DNA of 32,000 nt from Candidatus Saccharimonadota bacterium (GTDB lineage: Bacteria > Bacteroidota > Bacteroidia > Cytophagales > Amoebophilaceae): the NCBI RefSeq assembly GCF_964030745.1, contig NZ_OZ034918.1, positions 660,001-692,000 of the forward strand, given 5' to 3'. How positions within the stretch are numbered: position 1 is the stretch's first letter; every line of letters begins with the position of its first letter. Below are positions 7,080 through 15,726 of this stretch, in pieces. The translations under genes were made by a program, and so were the position numbers. The notes beneath the pieces were generated by a model. That model was not told the origin of the DNA and did not search any database. It saw only the letters and a list, made by a program, of their open reading frames with translations.

Positions 7080-7991
7080 TTACTTTTTTGCCTCTGTTTC
7101 CGGTTTTTTATTCTGAGTTGGTGTAGGTGGATGTTGTATTAAGCTTATTTCATTTCGCAATTTACCAGCATATTTGTTGCCTATCTCCTTTTTATGCTGT
7201 AGCGTTCCTATTTCCTTATCAATTTCCTTGAAATCAGTTTCTTGTAAGCTCTCTTTTACAATACCTAGGATATATTTAAACATTTTAAGGTTAGCATTAG
7301 ACCCGAAAAGTCCTGGCTCTGGTAGATAGGCAGATGCAAATACAGAATGGTCTTTTTTATCTTTTTGAAAGAGGCTTTGACGAGCCGCATCCTTGTTTTG
7401 ATCTTGAGTCTTGGTTGGATCTTGAGTCAATAGTTTATTCCATATTAGGCTAAATGCTTGTTCTCTATTGCAAATAGCAGCCATATGTAGCGGGCTTCTT
7501 TTTTCGTTATCTACACTAGTAACGTCAATGTGTGTACTTGATACTAAGGCGCTAACTATTAGAATATCTCCCATTTCTATAGATTTGGTAAGAGGTGTTT
7601 TACCGCTTGATTCGTCAGGTAAATTTTGAAAATTCTCATTTTTATGTTTTATATTTCTCTCTGTATCATTAACCAAACGTTGTAAAACAATTTTCACCTT
7701 TTCTAAAATTCCGGAAAGTACTGTAGCGTATAGCAAGGAACGCGGTTTATGCTTGTCTTTGCTTGGAACTAATAGGCTAATATCTGTCGTATTATCTACT
7801 ATTACCTGGAAATTCTGTGGACTTGGTTGCATTGCCATGAAATCTGACGTCTGCATATCCAATAGCCTAGCAGCCCCTCCTCTACAAGTATATGCGTGCA
7901 AAACAGCTAATAAAGATAAAATAGTCGTTCCTTGTACCAAAAAGGAATGCCGCTTGGTATGCCTCTTTAATTTTCTTATTTCCTTAAACAT
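7080..7991 (-). CDS. Ankyrin-repeat protein with N-terminal signal/anchor; short paralog of the 518-aa protein
   Basis: 303 aa. After a basic start comes the hydrophobic segment TTILSLLAVLHAYTC-RGGAA. ANK-like units include GKTPLTKSIEMGDILIVSALV and EKRSPLHMAAICNREQAFSLIWNKLL. The C-terminal module LKMFKYILGIVKESLQETDFKEIDKEI...NKYAGKLRNEI plus a Pro/Lys tail is shared with ORF 9929..11485. Confidence 0.75.
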   Translation of the reverse strand: MFKEIRKLKRHTKRHSFLVQGTTILSLLAVLHAYTCRGGAARLLDMQTSDFMAMQPSPQNFQVIVDNTTDISLLVPSKDKHKPRSLLYATVLSGILEKVKIVLQRLVNDTERNIKHKNENFQNLPDESSGKTPLTKSIEMGDILIVSALVSSTHIDVTSVDNEKRSPLHMAAICNREQAFSLIWNKLLTQDPTKTQDQNKDAARQSLFQKDKKDHSVFASAYLPEPGLFGSNANLKMFKYILGIVKESLQETDFKEIDKEIGTLQHKKEIGNKYAGKLRNEISLIQHPPTPTQNKKPETEAKK

Positions 7992-8209
7992 CGTGATATG
8001 CTCTGTGTAGAATGGTCTGTGTAGATTGTGATTTTTTACTATAAACTAACTATGATTTTTTGTCTGTTATGCTTAGAACAACTATTTGTAATACTATTAA
8101 ATAATATTCAAAAAAACAAATTTTGAGCTTAAAATCAAAGCAGGTGTTTTATATGCTCCTTAAATCCATCAAGCTGATTTTCTCGTCCGCTTGTAAGCTG
8201 CTTGATGAA

Positions 8210-8620
8210 TTAATTTTTATCACCAGATGGGTGCGGAGGATACAATTGTATCATACGAGAATCGCTGTTTTTAGTTTTTCTAGATGTAGAGGAAAAGCAA
8301 TCAGGAATACAATGTTTCGCATAAAGTAATTTCTCTAAAAAAGAGGAATCAACTTTTTCAGAAACGCTATTAATAAACTTTACTGCTCTTAATAAAATAT
8401 ATTTTTCTCTTTCATTTACAATTAAATAAGCTCTTTCTTCTATATAATTTTTGTTCAGCTTTTCAGGATTTATCATGTACCATTTTTGCTCTTGTTCTAT
8501 TTCAGATAATTGTTGATAACCTTCTGCTGGTAAATCAAAGAAATCTGATTCTACTATTTCTTGTTCAGCATACTGATAAAGTATTTGTATGCCCCTACCT
8601 GTTTCTATAAAATCAAACAT
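8210..8620 (-). CDS. Hypothetical protein (136 aa), possibly 3'-degraded
   Basis: The ORF lies 100 nt downstream of, and co-directional with, the Rpn-like gene. The acidic N-terminal two thirds look protein-like (MFDFIETGRGIQILYQYAEQEIVESDFFDLPAEGYQQL...). The last ~35 residues (CFSSTSRKTKNSDSRMIQLYPPHPSGDKN) look like read-through. No family was recognised. Confidence 0.4.
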   Translation of the reverse strand: MFDFIETGRGIQILYQYAEQEIVESDFFDLPAEGYQQLSEIEQEQKWYMINPEKLNKNYIEERAYLIVNEREKYILLRAVKFINSVSEKVDSSFLEKLLYAKHCIPDCFSSTSRKTKNSDSRMIQLYPPHPSGDKN

Positions 8621-8719
8621 ACTGATTGTTTTAATTTATTAATTTGATCTTTAGCTAATTTAGTATATCTAAATAATTTTTTTCAATGGATCTCTTTCGC
8701 AACCTAATCCCAAAACGCT

Positions 8720-9619
8720 CTATGCAAAATATTCGATTTGAGATCGAGACAAACCAGTAAGTGCAGCTATGTCATCTATAGGGTAACCCTTTAGCAGCAT
8801 AGCCTTAGCTATAGCAAGGGCTTTATCCCTTTCTCCCTCTAGCTTTCCTTCTAGTTTGCCCTCTAGTTTGCCCTCTAGCTTACCTTCATTTCTGGCTTTC
8901 TCTAGTGTATTTGCTTCTATTCTCCACCATTTCAAGTGGTCTTCATAAGCCATTCTTTCCTCATCGGTAAAGTTCATGGTCTCTAAAACATGCAATGCCT
9001 TTTTTAGGCTGTCGTTATTCAAGGGTTCAGGTAAGTTATCTTTGTTGAGGAGGTCGTTTCGGGTAAGAAAAGCAGTCCAAATGTCTAGTGCGTTTTTTAT
9101 CTTTGTCAATAATGTTTTTAGATCTTCATTAGGATCGTTACTGAATTTAATCAGCTCTATGGTATGCAATTCTAGGTCTGTAAAGTAGGGTAGGCCGCTC
9201 TCTTGTTCTGTGATATGAAATATATTGTGATATTTGTTACTATGCGGTATAGAAGTAAAATTAAGAATATGAATGCCTATTGCTTTGTGTAAACTGGAAT
9301 AGGTCTGAGAAGCTTTTAGTTGCTCTGTATATAACTTGGCCCAGTAATATAATGCGCGTTTGTCGTAATCTGCTTCATCAGAGATTTGGATCTCTATATT
9401 AAACCTTTTTCCTGTTTCACCTACTGCTTTTATATCTAATATAGATAGCTTATCACTTCTAAAATTTTTTGGGTTATAGGGGTTCAATAGAGTAAGATCT
9501 ACCACTTGATCTTCTGGTAAAACAGTAGCATTTATTAAGGAAATCAGTAGATCCTTATTTTCTTCTACACCAAAGATTTTTTTGAACGCTAAATCTATTT
9601 TAGGGGTAATTTTTTCCAT
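8720..9619 (-). CDS. Rpn-family (YhgA-like, TIGR01784-type) PD-(D/E)XK recombination-promoting nuclease / putative transposase
   Basis: 299 aa. The N-terminus is the family-typical MEKITPKIDLAFKKIFGVEENKDLLISLINA. The nuclease core is LSILD(62)IKA...FNIE(76)IQ(78)IS...YDKRALYYWAKLY. The C-terminus has a helix-turn-helix-like motif, AIAKAMLLKGYPIDDIAALTGLSRSQIE. Confidence 0.85.
   Translation of the reverse strand: MEKITPKIDLAFKKIFGVEENKDLLISLINATVLPEDQVVDLTLLNPYNPKNFRSDKLSILDIKAVGETGKRFNIEIQISDEADYDKRALYYWAKLYTEQLKASQTYSSLHKAIGIHILNFTSIPHSNKYHNIFHITEQESGLPYFTDLELHTIELIKFSNDPNEDLKTLLTKIKNALDIWTAFLTRNDLLNKDNLPEPLNNDSLKKALHVLETMNFTDEERMAYEDHLKWWRIEANTLEKARNEGKLEGKLEGKLEGKLEGERDKALAIAKAMLLKGYPIDDIAALTGLSRSQIEYFA
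8834..8884 (-). repeat. In-frame 12-nt tandem repeat encoding G(KLEG)x4 in the Rpn-like gene
   Basis: The plus strand reads ccctctagcttt ccttctagtttg ccctctagtttg ccctctagctta cc. The translation is NEGKLEGKLEGKLEGKLEGERD, located between the nuclease body and the C-terminal HTH-like module. Confidence 0.9.
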
Positions 9620-9928
9620 AGCTTATTCCATTCTTTTCGACGTAATGCCAAATGCATGGGCGTGGCCCGCAATGCAAGATAGATATTTTTTTTCAGCATT
9701 TGATTGGATGCGCTATTTTATTTAGCCATACCTTTTGATAAAGCAAGAAGTAGCATATATAAAGTTGACCTTATGGAATCTACGGTCAATGTTAAAGAGC
9801 AGCACTATAACCTACTAGAAGCCTAAAATAGGCAAGGAGAAAGCTGAAAGCGCAGATAACGGGATTACACAGAGGTAAACTTGCTACCTGTACTTTCAGC
9901 TTAATTATTAAGGACTTTTTTCTGCTAC

Positions 9929-11485
9929 TTAACCAGCTTGGGCTTTTTGTAACTGGGTAGAGTGCTCAGTTGACTCAGCTTCCTTTTGATCAGGAAGGGG
10001 TCTTGACGGTACTGATGGTACTGATGATGTTGACTTTATTATGTTGCGCAATTTAGTAGCGTATTGCGTACTAATTCCGCCTTTTATCCTAGGTGTAACT
10101 TCTCGTTCCTTAATTTTGTTTAAAATAACTTTCTCGATATCCTGCCACTCCTTTTGTGGTAGGATACTCTTTATAACTTCTATAGCGTCCTTAAACATTT
10201 TAATATTAGTGCCAGTAATAGCGGGTTCTGTACTAAGTTTGGATAAGTAGATATACTCCCACATAGATTTCTTACCTGCAGTTGGTGACCCAAAAAGTTC
10301 CTTTAGCTTGCCCTGTACGTTATCTTTATCTTCCTTAGCTAGTACGCTTAGACGGTCCAATATTGCTTTAAATGCCTCTTCCTTATTGTGAGAAACAATT
10401 GTATGTACTAACTTTTGGTCTATTTTTTCTAGAGGTAATTCCTTGATCAATTTGGGTACATTTGACTGGTCATATAGGATGCCTATATCTATGGCAGATC
10501 TGCCTTTATTATCCTTTATCCATAGCTTCTCTTTTTGGTTATGCTGCAAAGCTAGCTCAATTAATTTACCTTGTATGTATCCTTGTTTATACTTCATAGC
10601 TGAATGCAATGCTGTTTTCCCATCTTTATTTTGTGCAAATAAAAATTCTAGCGATTTGTCCTTAAAACTCTCATGAGTAGGACTTTGAGAATCCAAAACT
10701 TTTTCAATGCATTGAATTAATTTTTCTTGTACAGCTTTTTGTTTGTGTCTTACCGCTAAATGCAGAGCTGTGTCCTCATTGGTTTTATTTTTTGTAGATA
10801 ATAGCCCATACTCCTGCTTATTAAATAACCGATTAATAAATTCAAGTGCTATATTCTCCCACTTATTTTCAATGGCCAAATGTAAGACTGTATTACCTGA
10901 AATTGGATCTATAACCGTGATATTAATCTCATCAACAGCTATTGTACTTAACAATTTGGTAACCATTTTGAGTTGCTTATGTGCAAGCGCTGATAAAATC
11001 GAGGTAGGGTTTTTTCCTTGTGGCGTCCCTGCTTTATTAATATGAATGCCTTCTTGGGTAATTAAAAGGTCAAATCCGAATTCATAACCTTTCTCTATAG
11101 ATATTCCAATGGGTGTTTTTTGACTTTTTGGGTCAATTGCGTTGAGTGCTTTTTTAAAATTTCCCTTAAAATTTGTATCTTGTTTATTATCGTTATAGAA
11201 CTTTAAAAACATTAACAATTTCGTATCCTCCTTGTTCTCTACCAGAACGTAGAGTAGGCTCCGCCCAGTTTTATCCTTAAAAATAGCGGTACTCCCCTTT
11301 TCGAACTTTTCTTTTAGCTTGTCAGGGAAAGTTTCAATTGGCGTCATTGCCACATAATACGCTGCTCCGCGTTGGTTCCACCCGCGGCAGCCCTCCGCGC
11401 CTTGCAAAACAACCGATAACGACAACACCGCAATCCCTTTTGCCAATAGACTCGATCGTTTACCATTTACATTAAAGTATTTCAT
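9929..11485 (-). CDS. Ankyrin-repeat protein with N-terminal signal/anchor; long paralog
   Basis: 518 aa. The hydrophobic N-terminus is GIAVLSLSVVLQGAEGC-RGWNQRGAA. At least four clear ANK units are present: GNTVLHLAIENKWENIALEFINRL, NEDTALHLAVRHKQKAVQEKLIQ, DGKTALHSAMKYKQGYIQGKLIE and KGRSAIDIGILYDQSNVPKLIKEL. The C-terminal module IKMFKDAIEVIKSILPQKEWQDIEKVI...TQYATKLRNII plus a Pro/Ser tail is shared with ORF 7080..7991. Confidence 0.85.
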   Translation of the reverse strand: MKYFNVNGKRSSLLAKGIAVLSLSVVLQGAEGCRGWNQRGAAYYVAMTPIETFPDKLKEKFEKGSTAIFKDKTGRSLLYVLVENKEDTKLLMFLKFYNDNKQDTNFKGNFKKALNAIDPKSQKTPIGISIEKGYEFGFDLLITQEGIHINKAGTPQGKNPTSILSALAHKQLKMVTKLLSTIAVDEINITVIDPISGNTVLHLAIENKWENIALEFINRLFNKQEYGLLSTKNKTNEDTALHLAVRHKQKAVQEKLIQCIEKVLDSQSPTHESFKDKSLEFLFAQNKDGKTALHSAMKYKQGYIQGKLIELALQHNQKEKLWIKDNKGRSAIDIGILYDQSNVPKLIKELPLEKIDQKLVHTIVSHNKEEAFKAILDRLSVLAKEDKDNVQGKLKELFGSPTAGKKSMWEYIYLSKLSTEPAITGTNIKMFKDAIEVIKSILPQKEWQDIEKVILNKIKEREVTPRIKGGISTQYATKLRNIIKSTSSVPSVPSRPLPDQKEAESTEHSTQLQKAQAG

Positions 11486-11715
11486 ATAAATTTCTTTGAT
11501 TGATTTTTTAATAGATCATTGGTTTCCTCGTTTTTTTTAAACGGAGGGAGGCCTTCATTACATTATAAGCAATCCATGCTAAAAAAGCTAAATTGTGTTG
11601 AATGTTTTTACATCTTATGGTAGATTTCGTAAGAGGTCTGTTGCCAATTTGGTTTTAGTGTCTTTGCATCTGGACCAAATTCCTTACTTTTAAGTCCCTA
11701 AAGTACAATATTTAT

Positions 11716-14325
11716 ATGGCTATGTCAAAACCAGTTGAACCTACGCCATTGATGCGGCAGTATTTGGCTATTAAGGAAAAATATCCTGGAGCATTGCTGC
11801 TGTTTCGTGTGGGTGATTTTTACGAAACTTTTTTGGAAGATGCGGTTACCACCAGTAAGGTGCTGGATATTGCGCTTACCAAGCGGGCGAATGGATCGGC
11901 TGCTAGTGTGGAACTGGCTGGTTTCCCCCACCATTCTTTGGATTTGTATCTGCCTAAATTGGTGAAAGCGGGCTACCGTGTGGCGATTTGTGATCAATTG
12001 GAAGATCCTAAGCAGGCTAAGGGTATTGTACAAAGGGGGGTTACGGAATTGGTCACTCCTGGCCTCTCTTTTCATGAAGCGGTTTTGGATAAAAGGGCTA
12101 ATAATTACTTGGCATCTATTTTTTTTGATAAAACATTGCTGGGTATGGCTTTTTTGGATCTTTCTACGGGGGAGTTCTTTGTAGCCCAAGGGGCCGCTGA
12201 TTATATGCAGAAGGTGTTGCACCATTTGGGGCCGGTTGAAGTGGTTTTTAGCAAAAAACAGCAAACTGCATGGAATGACTTTGCGCAGGGTGTGGCGCAT
12301 ACTTATGCCCTAGATGAGTGGGTGTTTCAGTTTGACTATGCCTATGGCTTGCTGAATAGCCATTTTGGAACCCATTCGCTAAAGGGGTTTGGCATCGCAG
12401 ACTACACTGCGGCTATTGTAGCAGCAGGTGTGGTTTTACACTACTTATCTGAAACAGAACATAAAGCCATTCAACACATTCGTTCCATTGCCCGCCTAGA
12501 GGAGCATCACTATATCTGGCTGGACCAATTTACCGTTAAAGCCTTGGAACTGCTGGTTCCCCAGCAGGTAGGAGGCACCCCGCTGATTGAGATATTGGAT
12601 AGAACGGTTACCCCCATGGGAGCACGGCTACTTAAAAAATGGTTACTGTTTCCACTTAAAAAAGTTAAACCGATTCAAGAACGACTCAATATAGTGGAAT
12701 ACCTTGTGCAGGATACCCCATTGGCTACATTATTGGTCGGCTATTTGCAACAAATAGGTGACTTAGAACGACTGATTGCTAAGGTGGCTTCCAGCAGGGT
12801 AAATCCACGGGAGATGGTCGCCTTAAAAAGGGCATTGGAACAGGTGCAAGCTGTCCAAACAGCGTTGCAAGCGGTTAAGTGTCCTTTGTTGCAAAAATTG
12901 CATGCACAACTCCATGGATGTGCCGCTTTGGTGGAGCGTATTCGTCATACCCTTCAGGATGATCCCCCGATATCCTTCCACCAGGGAGGACTCATTCGTC
13001 CGCATGTAGATGAGCAGTTGGATGGATTCCATAAGATCATTTACGAAGGCAAAGATTATTTGGTCCAGCTCCAACAACAGGAGAGCAAGCGGACCAATAT
13101 TCCATCCTTAAAGGTCTCTTACAACCGTGTGTTTGGCTATTACCTCGAGGTACCCAATGCCCATAAAAACAAAGTACCTGCAGATTGGATGCGCAAACAA
13201 ACCCTAGCTGGTGCAGAACGGTACATCACGCAAGCATTAAAACAATATGAAGAGCAGATCCTCCATGCAGGTGAAGCGGCACAGTTGCTGGAGCAACAAC
13301 TCTATCAAGCGTTGGTAGCCGAAGCGGTAGAATTTATTCCACAGATTCAGGAAAATGCAAAGTATGTTGCACAACTAGATTGTTACCTTTCCTTTGCCAA
13401 ACAGGCCGCTGAACATCAGTATAGCAAGCCTATGATAGATGACGGTACGCTGCTGAATCTCAAAGGAAGCCGCCATCCTGTTATTGAGCAGCGATTGCCC
13501 ATAGACAAAACCTATATGCCTAATGATATTTGTTTAGATCCGTCCGCACAACAAATCATTGTGATTACAGGGCCTAATATGGCTGGTAAATCAGCCCTAT
13601 TGCGTCAGGTTGCGCTTACAGTATTAATGGCACAAATGGGTTCTTTTGTGCCCGCTGCCTCGGCCCATATTGGTGTGGTAGATAAAATATTTACACGAGT
13701 AGGTGCATCGGATAACTTGGCCCAAGGGGAATCTACTTTTATGATGGAGATGACTGAAACAGCCAGTATTATGCACAACCTTAGTGACCGTAGCCTCGTA
13801 TTGATGGATGAGATCGGACGAGGTACCAGTACCTATGATGGCATTTCTATTGCCTGGGCATTGGTAGAATATTTACACAATCATCCCCAATATAGAGCTA
13901 AAACACTTTTTGCTACCCACTACCATGAGCTAAATGAACTAGCAAAAGAGCTCCCTAGGGTTAAAAACTTTAATGTAGCGGTGCAAGAAATAGACCGAAA
14001 GATTCTATTTCTACATAAATTGGTGGCTGGAGGGAGTGAGCATAGCTTTGGCATTCATGTGGCCCAAATGGCTGGTATGCCCGCTATAATTGTGGAAAGG
14101 GCTAGAGCCGTATTGGCCCATCTATCGCAAGTGGGGGGCAAAATGCATGCAAAGGTAGAACCATTACCTACAGCGGAATACCAGCTTAAACTTTTTGCTC
14201 CAAGTGAAGCGGGAAGTAACCTTATAGCGCTCTTAGAGGCTATTGATATCGATACCCTTGCTCCAGTAGAAGCTTTAGTAAAGTTAAATGACCTTAAAAA
14301 TATGGTTAAAAGTTTTAAAGATTAG
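11716..14325 (+). CDS. mutS: DNA mismatch repair protein MutS
   Basis: 869 aa. It has the N-terminal TPLMRQYLAIKEKYPGALLLFRVGDFYETF mismatch-binding motif, Walker A GPNMAGKS, Walker B/N3 LVLMDEIGRGTSTYDG, and FATHYHEL. Confidence 0.97.
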   Translation: MAMSKPVEPTPLMRQYLAIKEKYPGALLLFRVGDFYETFLEDAVTTSKVLDIALTKRANGSAASVELAGFPHHSLDLYLPKLVKAGYRVAICDQLEDPKQAKGIVQRGVTELVTPGLSFHEAVLDKRANNYLASIFFDKTLLGMAFLDLSTGEFFVAQGAADYMQKVLHHLGPVEVVFSKKQQTAWNDFAQGVAHTYALDEWVFQFDYAYGLLNSHFGTHSLKGFGIADYTAAIVAAGVVLHYLSETEHKAIQHIRSIARLEEHHYIWLDQFTVKALELLVPQQVGGTPLIEILDRTVTPMGARLLKKWLLFPLKKVKPIQERLNIVEYLVQDTPLATLLVGYLQQIGDLERLIAKVASSRVNPREMVALKRALEQVQAVQTALQAVKCPLLQKLHAQLHGCAALVERIRHTLQDDPPISFHQGGLIRPHVDEQLDGFHKIIYEGKDYLVQLQQQESKRTNIPSLKVSYNRVFGYYLEVPNAHKNKVPADWMRKQTLAGAERYITQALKQYEEQILHAGEAAQLLEQQLYQALVAEAVEFIPQIQENAKYVAQLDCYLSFAKQAAEHQYSKPMIDDGTLLNLKGSRHPVIEQRLPIDKTYMPNDICLDPSAQQIIVITGPNMAGKSALLRQVALTVLMAQMGSFVPAASAHIGVVDKIFTRVGASDNLAQGESTFMMEMTETASIMHNLSDRSLVLMDEIGRGTSTYDGISIAWALVEYLHNHPQYRAKTLFATHYHELNELAKELPRVKNFNVAVQEIDRKILFLHKLVAGGSEHSFGIHVAQMAGMPAIIVERARAVLAHLSQVGGKMHAKVEPLPTAEYQLKLFAPSEAGSNLIALLEAIDIDTLAPVEALVKLNDLKNMVKSFKD

Positions 14326-14396
14326 CTATAAAAGTGAATGGTAATTTTGAAAAAAAAGAATCTTTAAGTAAATTGGGCTTATTGTGTAGCTTATAA

Positions 14397-14469
<73 letters not shown>

Positions 14470-14501
14470 CGTTTGGTCTGTTCGGGTAGCCTAAATGCCT
14501 T

Positions 14502-14584
14502 GCCAGGATGGTGGAATTGGTATACACGCAAGACTTAAAATCTTGTGGCCTTAGGCCATGCGGGTTCGATCCCCGCTCCTGGTA
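14502..14584 (+). tRNA. tRNA-Leu (anticodon UAA), class II with long variable arm
   Basis: Hand fold: acceptor GCCAGGA/TCCTGGT (G1-U72 wobble), anticodon arm CAAGA-CTTAAAA-TCTTG, variable arm TGGCCTTAGGCCA, T arm GCGGG-TTCGATC-CCCGC. 83 nt. Confidence 0.85.
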
Positions 14585-14611
14585 CTCATCAAATTTTTTC
14601 TGGTTGTACCG

Positions 14612-14893
14612 ATGGGCGTTTGCGCTATTTCCTTTTTAGATGTTGTGGCATGCATAGGCTCATCTACAGCAGTACTTTCCCTGCTTCCACAGATTATACA
14701 GTCCTATAGAACCAAATCTGTTCATGATGTTTCCATGTTGATGCTCTTGAACCTAACGGTTTCCTCGATTAGCTGGACCCTTTATGGCGCAATGACTGCT
14801 GATCGGCCATTGCTGCTTACCAACCTGTTGCTCACCTTGGGATCTTTGATTATGGTGGGGCTTAAATGGAAATATAACTCAATTGAGCATTAG
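14612..14893 (+). CDS. SemiSWEET / PQ-loop family small transporter (3 TM, 93 aa)
   Basis: It has the PQ motif in SLLPQIIQSYRTKS and three hydrophobic helices: ISFLDVVACIGSSTAVLSLL, MLMLLNLTVSSISWTLYGA and LLLTNLLLTLGSLIMVGL. The ORF-track start at 14558 lies inside the tRNA-Leu T arm, so the second ATG at 14612 is used. Confidence 0.7.
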   Translation: MGVCAISFLDVVACIGSSTAVLSLLPQIIQSYRTKSVHDVSMLMLLNLTVSSISWTLYGAMTADRPLLLTNLLLTLGSLIMVGLKWKYNSIEH

Positions 14894-15078
14894 TCGCCCG
14901 ATGCGCGGGCTTCAAAGGAAAATTTACTTTTCTGCCGTATTCATTCATCACTATGGCTACGTTTTTCTGAAAAAAGAAATGGCTGACCAATTATCAGCTC
15001 CTTATCTCCTTCGATAAAAAATGGCGCTCTAGTAAAACACGAACAGCTGAGCGATATGTTTTTTAGCGGATTAGAAAA

Positions 15079-15327
15079 GTATCTGTTCAACACTATGGCC
15101 ATAGTGATAAAATGCCCCTGTAAAAAGTTTCGAAATAGAAGCCACCCCTTGCAGATGATTGGGAAAAACAGATTCCTTTGAAGCCCGCGCAGCGGGCGAC
15201 TTCTGTTTTTCCATCTGTAAGGGATGGGTTCCGGAACTTTTTGCCGAGGGCTTGATTTTTTGCCCACTTTTTTATCAAGAAAAAAGTGGAATACAATTCA
15301 TTATTAACCAGTGACGTGAATAGATAC
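15079..15327 (-). mobile_element. 249-bp MITE-like element, copy 1 (inverted relative to R1)
   Basis: Its reverse complement differs from 6682-6930 at only 3 positions. One is in the hairpin flank and two are in the left palindrome arm. Its flanks (ttagaaaa / aaaaaatt) do not form a clean TSD. Confidence 0.75.
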
Positions 15328-15355
15328 AAAAAATTGGTGTGCAGTAAAAAAAATG

Positions 15356-15604
15356 GTATGCGTTCAACGCTATGGCCATAGTAGTAAAATGCCCCTGTAA
15401 AAAGTTTCGAAATAGAACCCATCCCTTGCAGATGATTAGGAAAAACAGATTCCTTTGAAGCCCGCGTAGCGGGCGACTTCTGTTTTTCCATCTGTAAGGG
15501 ATGGGTTCCGGAACTTTTTGCCGAGGGCTTGATTTTTTGCCCACTTTTTTATCAAGAAAAAAGTGGAATAAAATTCATTATTAACCAGTGACGTGAATAG
15601 ATAC
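15356..15604 (-). mobile_element. 249-bp MITE-like element, copy 2
   Basis: Same length and architecture as the other copies. A perfect 8-bp direct repeat AAAAAATG flanks it at 15348-15355 and 15605-15612. Both palindrome arms carry the alternative variant (gaacccatccctt / aagggatgggttc) and pair perfectly. Confidence 0.8.
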
Positions 15605-15611
15605 AAAAAAT

Positions 15612-15641
15612 GAACCGATCTGTTGAAAAACAGATCGGTTC
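15612..15641 (-). terminator. Rho-independent terminator of the ATP/ADP translocase gene
   Basis: A perfect 13-bp stem, gaaccgatctgtt / aacagatcggttc, with a 4-nt loop lies 86 nt downstream of the minus-strand stop at 15727. On the minus strand it is followed by attttttg. Confidence 0.7.
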
Positions 15642-15726
15642 AAGGCTAAAATTTTACTAAAGTGTAAAATGGTAAAATACCACTAACACCTTAATTTTGA
15701 GGGAGTATCAAATTATGGCTATCTGT

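Larger units (their letters stand above)
14894..15610. repeat. Intergenic repeat island 4: palindrome fragment, module B and two tandem 249-bp MITE copies
   Basis: It starts immediately after the SemiSWEET stop with tcgcccgatgcgcgggcttcaaaggaa, the apical part of the MITE palindrome. Module B is at 15005-15058. MITE copies are at 15079-15327 and 15356-15604, separated by 28 nt. Confidence 0.8.

Noticed and set aside
9620-9928. A 309-bp gap between the Rpn-like gene and the 518-aa ankyrin gene, with a 9-bp-stem structure (agctgaaag...ctttcagct) that might be an ncRNA.
   Set aside because: The loop is about 42 nt, and there is no repeat-family match, no promoter or terminator signature, and nothing to compare for conservation. 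It is noted only as unexplained spacer.
11725-12300. A 191-aa ORF antisense to mutS. Similar antisense ORFs lie at 21233-21676 (147 aa), 23740-24078, 19997-20344 and 10743-11045.
   Set aside because: Each lies wholly opposite a gene with strong motif-level support. They have odd composition (Arg/Ser/Phe/Cys-rich) and no recognisable motifs. These are typical shadow ORFs.
14558-14611. An N-terminal extension of the SemiSWEET ORF (the ORF-track start at 14558).
   Set aside because: That ATG lies inside the T arm of tRNA-Leu. The next ATG at 14612 gives the canonical ~90-aa 3-TM protein.
15079-15604. Two tandem direct repeats separated by a short spacer, which could be taken for a CRISPR-like array.
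   Set aside because: The units are 249 bp, not 25-40 bp. There are only two, the 'spacer' is 28 nt of A-rich DNA, the units carry their own terminal inverted repeats and TSDs, and no cas genes are present.
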